From the IMG/VR virus record IMGVR_UViG_3300043775_002839, positions 29,706-93,705 of that record: 64,000 nt of DNA, one strand, 5' to 3'. The notes below the pieces were generated by a model that did no database searches, was not told where the DNA came from, and was given only the letters and a program-made list of their open reading frames with translations. The stretch's first letter is position 1. Each line of letters starts with the position of its first letter. Below, one piece after another: positions 55,950 through 64,000 of the stretch. Made by a program: the position numbers and the translations under genes. This DNA comes from a virus.

Positions 55950-56468
55950 ATGGCGAAAGCAAAACAAAAATCTACAGCAGAATTAAAAGACCTACGCGCT
56001 CAATTAGAAATTGAAGTTAATGAGGCACAAAAAGACCTAGCAGAAAAGAAGTATTCTGTAAATCTTGAAAGCATCCAAAACATTAATGCTATCTTAAAGC
56101 AAATCGACAAGAACTACGAGTGGAGCATTAAAAATGCTGCCTTTGTAATTAACCTTTACGATGCCCTAGCAGACCAAAAGCGTCAATTCCAAATTGATGA
56201 CAAAGGAGAATCTACGGTTCAACTTAATGGAGTTCAATTAAATCAATTGTACACTATTATTACAAACATCACCGGAACAGGTATTGATGGAGCAAAAATC
56301 TTTACAAGATTATTAACAAATGTAGGAGCTCAAATCTCAGCAGCCCTAAATGAAATGGCTGAGGCAAACAAGGTAATTCAAGAGAAACATGTTGCTCTAG
56401 CAGAACTTGATGTTGCAATTGATGAAGCAGAAAAACCTGAGGTTGCAGTAGAAGAAATCACACAATAA
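55950..56468 (+). CDS. Coiled-coil hypothetical protein
   Basis: ORF after late-type AATATATA at 55923. Confidence 0.6.
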   Translation: MAKAKQKSTAELKDLRAQLEIEVNEAQKDLAEKKYSVNLESIQNINAILKQIDKNYEWSIKNAAFVINLYDALADQKRQFQIDDKGESTVQLNGVQLNQLYTIITNITGTGIDGAKIFTRLLTNVGAQISAALNEMAEANKVIQEKHVALAELDVAIDEAEKPEVAVEEITQ

Positions 56469-56470
56469 AT

Positions 56471-57007
56471 ATGAAATTAGCAAGTAAATCTAAAAAACGT
56501 TTAGATTTGCTAGAGGCTATCCAAGACGGCATTACAACTCGTGATGTTTTTGAAACAATTGGCTATAAGAATCAAAGTGAGGATAAAATAATTCAATTTA
56601 TTTATCCTCACCTTCTTACTCAGTTGACAGAGTATGTCATGGAAAAGAAGGGCTTTAGCAGATCTCTTGCCAAGGAGAAGGCAAGAACAATGATTAAATG
56701 GGAGGGTAATGTAAATACTACCGTGAAACAAATTCAGTTCATGGGGACTCAAAACCGTCCGGACATGACAATTCAAAATGATGGAGTTACTATTGCCATT
56801 GAATTTAAGAAAGGGGACCGAGGTTCATCTTTACGAGAAGGATTTGGGCAATCAATAGTATATTCAACTGCATATGATTTTGTGATGTATATGTTTATTG
56901 ATGTGAGTGAGGACGGTCGAATTGTCAATGGCTCTACTGCCGTAAATGAACAAAAATTCTTACAGAATCTGTGGGATAACTTTAACGTAAAATTTGCAAT
57001 AGTTTAA
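56471..57007 (+). CDS. Putative PD-(D/E)XK nuclease
   Basis: RPD...IAIEFK...GQ...Y. Confidence 0.6.
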   Translation: MKLASKSKKRLDLLEAIQDGITTRDVFETIGYKNQSEDKIIQFIYPHLLTQLTEYVMEKKGFSRSLAKEKARTMIKWEGNVNTTVKQIQFMGTQNRPDMTIQNDGVTIAIEFKKGDRGSSLREGFGQSIVYSTAYDFVMYMFIDVSEDGRIVNGSTAVNEQKFLQNLWDNFNVKFAIV

Positions 57008-57525
57008 TGAAAATATTCGTAACTTCAAATCAACAATTTGGCCGACCAGGCGCCATAAAATCATATAAAAGACCCTTTGAGGATGTCCAAGAAATGAATC
57101 AAGAACTTTTTGAATCATGGAATTCAGTAGTTTCCCCGGAAGATACGGTATATGTATTGGGTAACTTTGCATGGGATCCAGAAACTGCGGAATATTTCCT
57201 TAGAAACCTGAATGGGACTATTATTAATATAGACGGAGAATTCGACAGTGCAATTGAAGAACTATCTGAAACGGCAGTCGGACTGGATATTGACTACTTT
57301 GATGGTATCCTAGAATTTATGCCGGAAGAGAATGCAGTTCTTTCATATTGGCCCCTTCTTGAATGGCCAGGAAAATCAAAAGGGTCCTATTCGGTAGTAG
57401 GACATCCAAATAAAAAGTATCGTAGTAACCATAAGACCAAGACGGTTAATTGTTGTTGTGACTTTTGGGAATACAAACCTGTAGAATTATCCCGTATAAT
57501 TGAGCTCTTCAATGAAGTAGAATAA
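57007..57525 (+). CDS. Calcineurin-like phosphoesterase homolog with degenerate metal ligands
   Basis: Family scaffold RPF...EMN...WN..V...D.VY.LG kept, but TSNQQFG, LGNF, GEFD and GHPN replace the catalytic motifs. Confidence 0.7.
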   Translation: MKIFVTSNQQFGRPGAIKSYKRPFEDVQEMNQELFESWNSVVSPEDTVYVLGNFAWDPETAEYFLRNLNGTIINIDGEFDSAIEELSETAVGLDIDYFDGILEFMPEENAVLSYWPLLEWPGKSKGSYSVVGHPNKKYRSNHKTKTVNCCCDFWEYKPVELSRIIELFNEVE

Positions 57526-57619
57526 TGTTAATAACTTTAACAAAATTTTAACACTCTAGTGTTTCCAGATTCAAATAATTGTATTATATTTACATATCTA
57601 ATAAAAACAAAAAACTTAT

Positions 57620-58234
57620 ATGGCATCTAAATCTTACAGAGAATTAACAGAGAATTTTTTAGCAACCCGTTCTGAAGCGGACTTTACTGCACTTTTTTAC
57701 AAATTAAAACCAGGACTTACGACCTACGTTAATAAAATAGTAAAAGATCGCGAAATGTCTGAAGATATTGCAATAAACACTTTAACAAAATTGTGGACTA
57801 AAATTGATCAATATGACCCACAATACCAGATCACTACATGGTTGTACCGTATAGCATTTAATGATGCATTGGGACATATCAATAATAGAAATAAACAATC
57901 CTCTCTGGATGCCCTATCTGATTACGGTGTTGAAGTAAGTGAGAATGGTGAATTTGTTAGTGGTACCCATGGTTTAAATGGTGCTATTGAAGATTATGTA
58001 ATGAAAACCGAACAGGATTTCCTTGAGGAAGATGACGAACTTATGGCAAAATATGGTCGTGCTCTTACTGAAATCGAAAATCTTAAAGGAATGTACCGTG
58101 AAATAGTAATTGACCGTTTGATTAATGAAATGAAGTACGAAGAAATTGCAGAGAAACATGACTTACCGCTACAGACTATTAAAAACCGTATTCGTAGAGG
58201 TAAAGCAATCATCGAAGAAAATATGATGTCGTAA
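57620..58234 (+). CDS. ECF-type sigma-70 family sigma factor
   Basis: Region 2 EDI...W..IDQYD...TTWLYRIA.N; region 4 YEEIAE...TIKNRIRRGK. Confidence 0.88.
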   Translation: MASKSYRELTENFLATRSEADFTALFYKLKPGLTTYVNKIVKDREMSEDIAINTLTKLWTKIDQYDPQYQITTWLYRIAFNDALGHINNRNKQSSLDALSDYGVEVSENGEFVSGTHGLNGAIEDYVMKTEQDFLEEDDELMAKYGRALTEIENLKGMYREIVIDRLINEMKYEEIAEKHDLPLQTIKNRIRRGKAIIEENMMS

Positions 58235-58446
58235 TGGTTGTTGTTGTCTATAGAAAATCGATGGGTTCAAAAACAAAATACATGACAGTATTTGAGAATG
58301 AACAAAACCCGGATAAACTTATAAACTTGAATGCCAGGAAACCAATGATTCCAAATAATTATATTATTGATGATATTGGGGTTGGTGAAAGTTTTATAGA
58401 GAGCTATAAGAAACAACATAAAATTAAAAAACATGAAGTTTGTTAA
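58234..58446 (+). CDS. Hypothetical protein
   Basis: TAATG coupling to the sigma gene. Confidence 0.55.
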   Translation: MVVVVYRKSMGSKTKYMTVFENEQNPDKLINLNARKPMIPNNYIIDDIGVGESFIESYKKQHKIKKHEVC

Positions 58447-58541
58447 ATTGTTAATAACTTTTTGAAAATAATTAACCTGACATTTTACCGTGTCAGGTTT
58501 TTTGATTATATTTACATATCTAATTTTAACAAAGAAACATT

Positions 58542-58850
58542 ATGAAAAATTTTAAAGTACTTTCAATCGAAAATGCAAACGAAACAGGAACATCTCTTCA
58601 AGGTTACATCAATGCGACTTATAGTCAATTGCTAGAAGTCTTAGGAAAACCCACATGCGATGAACCATCGGGAGATGACAAAGTTCAACTAGAATGGGTT
58701 ATAGAATTTAAAGGTAATATTTTTACAATATATGACTGGAAAACTGGTTCAAGAGAATACACTGAAAATGAATTAACCGAATTTAATGTTGGAGGTACCA
58801 CATCTGCGGCCGATTTTATTCAAGAAATAGAATCTCAAATCAACAAATAA
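58542..58850 (+). CDS. Hypothetical early protein
   Basis: GTSLQG...FTIYDWK; after an early promoter. Confidence 0.65.
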   Translation: MKNFKVLSIENANETGTSLQGYINATYSQLLEVLGKPTCDEPSGDDKVQLEWVIEFKGNIFTIYDWKTGSREYTENELTEFNVGGTTSAADFIQEIESQINK

Positions 58851-58851
58851 G

Positions 58852-59001
58852 ATGGAAGATAAAGATACAAATATGGTAATTTTAATAATTGCATTTATGG
58901 CCTTCCTATTTGGATTCTTGGTAGCAGAATCAATATACAATGAAAGGCCAATGACTGAAGAGGAATATTATGAACTACAAAAACCACAATGGTATGAGTA
59001 A
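58852..59001 (+). CDS. Small single-TM protein (49 aa)
   Basis: Read by hand; hydrophobic MVILIIAFMAFLFGFLV. Confidence 0.5.
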   Translation: MEDKDTNMVILIIAFMAFLFGFLVAESIYNERPMTEEEYYELQKPQWYE

Positions 59002-59392
59002 AGAATTATTTTTATTAAGAGGATTACCTGGAGCAGGAAAATCAACATTGGCAAAAATCCTTGTTGGTGATAGAGATTATTGTCACAAAGAGGCCGATAT
59101 GTATTTCGTAGATAGCAAAGGAAATTATAAATTTGACTTTTCTCTGATTAAAGAGGCCCATGCATGGTGCCAAGAAGAGGTAGAGTTTCTAATGAAATAT
59201 GAGCACACTGTAGTAGTTTCAAACACATTTACACAGGAATGGGAAATGCAGGCTTACTATGATTTGGCCAAAAAATATGGATATAAAGTCAATTCTATAA
59301 TCGTAGAGAACCGACACGACGGGGTAAATGAGCACAATGTTCCGCAAGAAACATTAGAAAAAATGAAACAACGATTTGAAATTAAATTATAA
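58994..59392 (+). CDS. P-loop kinase (AAA_33 / polynucleotide kinase-like)
   Basis: LRGLPGAGKST, EAD.YF, VSNTF, HNVP; likely start ATG 58994. Confidence 0.8.
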   Translation: MSKELFLLRGLPGAGKSTLAKILVGDRDYCHKEADMYFVDSKGNYKFDFSLIKEAHAWCQEEVEFLMKYEHTVVVSNTFTQEWEMQAYYDLAKKYGYKVNSIIVENRHDGVNEHNVPQETLEKMKQRFEIKL

Positions 59393-59397
59393 AATAA

Positions 59398-60522
59398 ATG
59401 GAAAACAATAATTCAGTTTGCTACATAGCAAAAATACATGAAGTACGGGCAATCGAAGGTGCAGATAACATCGAATTAGTTATCGCAGGTGGATGGAACG
59501 CCATCACAAAGAAAGGCGAATTTAATGTAGGAGCCTTAACTATTATTGCAACAACAGACGCAGTAATACCTGAAAAACTTTCTGAAAAGATGGGAGTAAC
59601 TAATTACTTAAGAAAAGGTAATAGAGTCAGAACTGTAAAATTACGTGGAGTCTATTCAGAGTGTTTAATCATTCCAGTAATATATGCTAAAGCCAGTTCT
59701 ATATTAGAAGGAAAGGATTTAATGAATGAACTTGGTATCACTAAATATGAGCCACCAGTTAAACAAGTTCAATTGGCATCTGGTAGAAAAATTAAGTGGA
59801 GAGATAACCAAAACTTCCACATCTACTACAAGTTTCCAAACCTTAAAAATGTGGCTGGATTATTTACCCAAGAGGATGAGGTTCAAATCACCAGAAAATT
59901 GCATGGAACCAATGCACGTTATGGTATCGTAAAGAAATCTAAATTGACCCTCTGGGACAAGGTAAAGAAATTCTTAAGAATTGCTGACGAATGGGTTGAC
60001 TATGAGTACATCTACGGTTCTCATAACTGTGAGAAAGGTTCCGACTCTCAAGGATTCTATTCAACTGACGTTTGGAGAACAATCGCTGAAGAATATGGTA
60101 TCAAAGAAAAACTTTGGAACTATGCAAAATTCTTTGGAGCTAAGTATATTGGAGAAGGGGTAATTATTTATGGAGAAATTTATGGAGCTGGTATTCAAAA
60201 GAACTATACTTATGGATTGGAAAAAATTCAATTCGCAGGATTTGATACTAAAGTAAACGGAGAATATCAATCATTAGGTTTAGCATATAGCAGCATGGTT
60301 TTAGGGTTGGGATTGCCTCACGTAGAGGTACTTTACAATGGACCATGGTCTCAAGAGGTACAAGATAGTTTTGTATTCGGTAACTTCATTGATGGTACTA
60401 AAGTGCCTCATGAAGGAATTGTAATCAAGCACATCTCTGGTGAAAGAAACAAGGTGGCAAAGGTTATTAACCCAGACTACTTGATTTATGGTGAAAAAAA
60501 TAACGTAGGAGATTCACATTAA
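59398..60522 (+). CDS. RNA ligase, DRB0094/Rnl2-like, with N-terminal OB domain
   Basis: IEGADNIE, KLRGVYSE, motif I KLHGTN, YGEIYG, FD, EGIVIK, KVINPDY. Confidence 0.88.
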   Translation: MENNNSVCYIAKIHEVRAIEGADNIELVIAGGWNAITKKGEFNVGALTIIATTDAVIPEKLSEKMGVTNYLRKGNRVRTVKLRGVYSECLIIPVIYAKASSILEGKDLMNELGITKYEPPVKQVQLASGRKIKWRDNQNFHIYYKFPNLKNVAGLFTQEDEVQITRKLHGTNARYGIVKKSKLTLWDKVKKFLRIADEWVDYEYIYGSHNCEKGSDSQGFYSTDVWRTIAEEYGIKEKLWNYAKFFGAKYIGEGVIIYGEIYGAGIQKNYTYGLEKIQFAGFDTKVNGEYQSLGLAYSSMVLGLGLPHVEVLYNGPWSQEVQDSFVFGNFIDGTKVPHEGIVIKHISGERNKVAKVINPDYLIYGEKNNVGDSH

Positions 60523-60529
60523 AATAATT

Positions 60530-60793
60530 ATGAAATATAAAGTTTATATGACACAATACGTAACAGCTAGAGTTGCGGTAGAGATAGAAATTGAATCAGA
60601 CAAGGATACTGACGAATTAGAGGAAGAAATTTATGATGCTATTGAGGATTGGACAAGGCTTTCAAGGTTTGACCCAGATATAGAAGAATTTCCAGGTTCA
60701 TATGTTGCTAAATCTTATAAATATGATTTAAAATATGATGGAGATGATGGAGATGAGATAGAAGTTTATATTGAAAAAAATGAGGTTGAATAA
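60530..60793 (+). CDS. Acidic hypothetical protein
   Basis: D/E-rich 87 aa. Confidence 0.55.
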   Translation: MKYKVYMTQYVTARVAVEIEIESDKDTDELEEEIYDAIEDWTRLSRFDPDIEEFPGSYVAKSYKYDLKYDGDDGDEIEVYIEKNEVE

Positions 60794-60843
60794 AAAATCA
60801 CATTAAAAAACTTCTATCTTCATATTTATAAGATATATAATAC

Positions 60844-61797
60844 ATGAAAAGAATTAAACTATTTGAACAGTTTATTGCAGAGAAGGAGGACAATTCTGAT
60901 TTGCATAAAATCTATTTGGCTATTGATCCTGGTAGTGGGCACCGATGGTGGTCCTATAAAGACTTTGCCGGAGATAATTTCTTTGTACAGGTAACACTTG
61001 ACAATTATAAAGATATTGACATTAACCCAGAATATCCAATCCTTACATACAATTCTGGAGTAACTCAAAAGCTCCTAGACGAAGGGTTGATTAAAAAAGA
61101 AAATGTCTACAACCATCCAGAGCATATTAAACAGTCTGGTTCTAAGGCAGAATTCCATAAGTTGGTTGAAGGCGATGAAAATATCCCAAAAACTGCTCAT
61201 AATGAAAAAGATGCCCTAGAGATTGGATTCCCATTAATTGGAAAACCAGCAGAGGGACACTCAGGACTTGGTATTCAAATCTTTAAGGATCAGAAATCAT
61301 GGGACGATGCAGACCATTCGAAATTAGATGTTTATTCAGAATATATTGATAAAGCAGCCGAACACCGATTGATTACTTTTAAAGGAAAACCATTCTTTTG
61401 GATGGAAAGACAGCCAATGAACGACAAAGCAAAATCTGGAGATGGAAAAGGAGCTGAAAAAATGATGTTCAAATATATCAAAAAGGATGTTACCAAAATA
61501 CCAGGAAAATTCAACGACCTTGTTGAAAAGTTCGGTAAAATATTTTCAGACTTACCATATATCTGTTTTGATATTATGGAAGACCGTTCTGGAAAACTAT
61601 ACATAATTGAAAGTAACAGTCAACCGGGAGTACCGTTTGATTCTACAGTTCAGGCATACAGACAATTATTTAATGATTTCTACGGTCGCGATGTAAATCC
61701 AGCGGCTAACACCGAGCTCGAGAAATTGAGTAACTATATGATTAAGAAAACCCTGGACTTTGACCCAAAAAGATTTGAAATCGATGAAAAAATTTAA
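60844..61797 (+). CDS. ATP-grasp (RimK-like) ligase with N-terminal MKRIKLFEQFIAE tag
   Basis: FPLIGKP..GHSGLGI, EHR, FDI, IIESNSQPG. Confidence 0.8.
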   Translation: MKRIKLFEQFIAEKEDNSDLHKIYLAIDPGSGHRWWSYKDFAGDNFFVQVTLDNYKDIDINPEYPILTYNSGVTQKLLDEGLIKKENVYNHPEHIKQSGSKAEFHKLVEGDENIPKTAHNEKDALEIGFPLIGKPAEGHSGLGIQIFKDQKSWDDADHSKLDVYSEYIDKAAEHRLITFKGKPFFWMERQPMNDKAKSGDGKGAEKMMFKYIKKDVTKIPGKFNDLVEKFGKIFSDLPYICFDIMEDRSGKLYIIESNSQPGVPFDSTVQAYRQLFNDFYGRDVNPAANTELEKLSNYMIKKTLDFDPKRFEIDEKI

Positions 61798-62230
61798 ACT
61801 ATTTGAAGAATTTAAAAATTCTACAGCATGTCCAGTTCCGACTAAAGACCTAGAAGTTAATACTAAAAACAGAGACCGTGCAATTAAAGCAGAGCATATT
61901 GAATATGGTCCCTTAAATGTTGACGAACCTGCTGGATTTTGGGAACATATTGCAGACCACTGGAATACTAGCGTAGAAGCTGCTAAAAAATCATTATGCG
62001 CAAACTGTGCTGCATTTGATGTTTCACCAAGAATGAAAGAATGCATGCCCGGAGAATTAAGCGACCCAGATGGTGAATTAGGATATTGTTGGATGCACCA
62101 GTTTAAATGTCACTCTGCAAGAACATGTTATACGTGGGCTAAAGGTGGACCAATATCAACTGACAAAATCTCTTTTAATTGGCAAGAGAAAAATCAAGAC
62201 GCTGCAATGAACAAAAATCCTATAAAATAA
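61784..62230 (+). CDS. Cys/His-rich putative metal-binding protein with MKKFKLFEEF tag
   Basis: CANC...C...GYC..H.FKC...RTC..W; likely start ATG 61784. Confidence 0.65.
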   Translation: MKKFKLFEEFKNSTACPVPTKDLEVNTKNRDRAIKAEHIEYGPLNVDEPAGFWEHIADHWNTSVEAAKKSLCANCAAFDVSPRMKECMPGELSDPDGELGYCWMHQFKCHSARTCYTWAKGGPISTDKISFNWQEKNQDAAMNKNPIK

Positions 62231-62231
62231 T

Positions 62232-62774
62232 ATGAAAAGAATTAAATTATTCGAAGAGTTCTTGAATGAAAAGGAGAATGTAACGCACAATTTTAATTGC
62301 GCAATGTTATACTTTGACTTTCCGGCAATGGCAACTCTACACCAATCAATTCGACCTGAAGATATATACACAGTAGAAGCAGATGAAAGTTACGGTCTTG
62401 AAGATGAACCTCACTGCACCTTATTATACGGACTTCACCCTGAAGTAACAGTGGACCAAGTTGCAGATAAATTAAAAGGAATCAAACTTGGTGAGTGCGT
62501 TGCTCACAATCTATCTCTTTTTGAAAATAAAGACTTTGATGTCTTAAAATTTGATATGGAAGGTGATAATCTTCACAATGCAAATAAAGCACTTAGCTCG
62601 CTTCCGCACACTACGGACTATCCGGATTACATGCCACACATGACTGTTGCCTACTTAAAACCAGGTAAGGGTTCTGAATACTTAAAAATATTAAACTCGC
62701 AAGAGCATTCTCTAAAACCACTTCATATTACTTACAGTATGACAGATGGCTCTAAACAAAAAATAGATTTATAA
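62232..62774 (+). CDS. 2H phosphodiesterase (T4 57B/Acb1-like or LigT-like) with MKRIKLFEEFLNE tag
   Basis: Two HxT motifs: PHCTLLYG and YMPHMTVAY. Confidence 0.85.
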   Translation: MKRIKLFEEFLNEKENVTHNFNCAMLYFDFPAMATLHQSIRPEDIYTVEADESYGLEDEPHCTLLYGLHPEVTVDQVADKLKGIKLGECVAHNLSLFENKDFDVLKFDMEGDNLHNANKALSSLPHTTDYPDYMPHMTVAYLKPGKGSEYLKILNSQEHSLKPLHITYSMTDGSKQKIDL

Positions 62775-62776
62775 TT

Positions 62777-62956
62777 ATGAAACAAGAATCATTAGACAAA
62801 ACATTAGGACTTGTTAGACACATTCTAACATTTATAGGAGGTTACTTTGTAACTTCAGGAGTTTTAACAGAACCTACTCTTAGCACAGGAATTGGTGCAA
62901 TTGCAACTCTTATCGGTGTGGTATGGTCAGTTATTGATAAAAATAAAGCAGTATAA
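62777..62956 (+). CDS. Small two-TM holin-like protein (59 aa, not in ORF track)
   Basis: MKQESLDKTLGLVRHILTFIGGYFV...GAIATLIGVVWSVIDK. Confidence 0.6.
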   Translation: MKQESLDKTLGLVRHILTFIGGYFVTSGVLTEPTLSTGIGAIATLIGVVWSVIDKNKAV

Positions 62957-63018
62957 TTTGAAACAAGTAGGTTTCGGATTGTATAACTTTAAAATTAAAT
63001 AACATTAAACAAACCAAA

Positions 63019-63189
63019 ATGAAAAAAGTATTTTTAGCATTAGCATTTATTGCAGCATTAGCAGTTACATCTTGTAATAAGAAAGTAGAAACTACAACAA
63101 CAGGAGCAGACTCTACATCCGTAGTAGTTGATTCAGTTGCAGTAGACACTATAGCAGTAGACACTATAGCAGTTGACACTTTAAAGTAA
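63019..63189 (+). CDS. Small Bacteroidetes-type lipoprotein (56 aa, not in ORF track)
   Basis: MKK-hydrophobic-VTS|C signal II, then NKKVE and repeated D(S/T)x; middle-type promoter at 62960. Confidence 0.75.
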   Translation: MKKVFLALAFIAALAVTSCNKKVETTTTGADSTSVVVDSVAVDTIAVDTIAVDTLK

Positions 63190-63271
63190 TTAAAACTTTA
63201 ACAAAATTTTAACACTCCAGACTTTCGGGTCTGGGGTTTTTTGTTTATATTTACATTATAATTAAAACAAT

Positions 63272-63496
63272 ATGATACGAAGTAAACAAGAAAAAAACGG
63301 ACCGATTATTATAGACCTTACAGGTCCTGATGGAAATGCATACGCTCTTATGGCCTATGCTAGAAGATTTGCAACCCAATTAGGATGGTTAGACTGTGGG
63401 TCGGCACTTATTAACGAAATGATGAGTGGAGACTATGAGAATCTACTACAAGTATTTGATAATGCATTCGGTGAATTTGTAATCCTAGAAAGATAA
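63272..63496 (+). CDS. Hypothetical phage protein
   Basis: IDLTGPDGNA...GDYE.L...F; after an early promoter. Confidence 0.65.
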   Translation: MIRSKQEKNGPIIIDLTGPDGNAYALMAYARRFATQLGWLDCGSALINEMMSGDYENLLQVFDNAFGEFVILER

Positions 63497-63855
63497 TGGC
63501 TAAATATAAAATACCTAGAGACCGGGTCTTTAAAGACTTTGGAATCATGAGAACGCTTACAGGTACCTATATCTGTCCGGGATGGATTCCTGTAGATGAA
63601 GGAACAACCCGAGAGGATGTAGAGTTTAGCGACGATATAATTATTGAGAAACCAATAGTTTCAACCCAATTGAAGACTGAGACTCAGGTAGACCTTGAAT
63701 TTGTGGTACCATCATCAAATGGAAAATCTGAATACTTGGTCCGTTTTCAGAGAGGAGTTTGGAGTTGTAACTGTCCCGCATCAAGTTTCCGAAGAGGAGA
63801 TTGTAAGCATATCAAAGCCCTTTCAATTGAAAACCAACCATTTGAAAATAAATAA
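63496..63855 (+). CDS. SWIM zinc-finger protein
   Basis: WSCNCP...CKHI. Confidence 0.75.
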   Translation: MAKYKIPRDRVFKDFGIMRTLTGTYICPGWIPVDEGTTREDVEFSDDIIIEKPIVSTQLKTETQVDLEFVVPSSNGKSEYLVRFQRGVWSCNCPASSFRRGDCKHIKALSIENQPFENK

Positions 63856-64000
63856 AAAATAAATGGAATTTACATTGAATTTCATGAAACAAAAAGATAT
63901 ATAATACTATAATATACATAAGAAAATTAAATCTTATATATAATTAAGACAAATAAAACAATTACAATGCAAACAATTCAAAGACATATCATTTTTATGG

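Noticed and set aside
62931-63179. Minus-strand 82-aa ORF in the track
   Set aside because: Antisense to the better supported plus-strand lipoprotein at 63019-63189

Overview
A 64-kb segment of an AT-rich, T4-like (myovirus) large or jumbo phage genome in the standard genetic code, almost entirely on the + strand. The host is probably Bacteroidetes/Flavobacteriia, inferred from A-rich start regions without Shine-Dalgarno, TAnnTTT-type early promoters and a Bacteroidetes-style lipoprotein. Gene order: replication and recombination (split family-B DNA polymerase, nrdB-HNH-nrdA, clamp, uvsX, gp41, gp47/46); a fibre/adhesin island; head genes (gp55, gp4, gp2, portal, protease-scaffold, major capsid); clamp loader and RNase H; neck, terminase, sheath, tube, chaperones and tape measure; then an accessory region. 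Main highlights: (1) a fractured uvsX/recA carrying a naturally split intein, with a free-standing Vsr-like endonuclease gene between the halves; (2) unrelated enzymes (Acb1-like 2H phosphodiesterase, ATP-grasp ligase, Cys-rich protein, esterase) sharing an MKxIKLFE(E/Q)F tag that resembles the T4 capsid-targeting sequence, i.e. a candidate virion-delivered cargo system; (3) three readable promoter classes that fit a host sigma, phage ECF sigma, gp55 cascade, including leaderless late genes; (4) candidate structured small RNAs after nrdA. All family calls come from motif recognition by eye; no database search was run.
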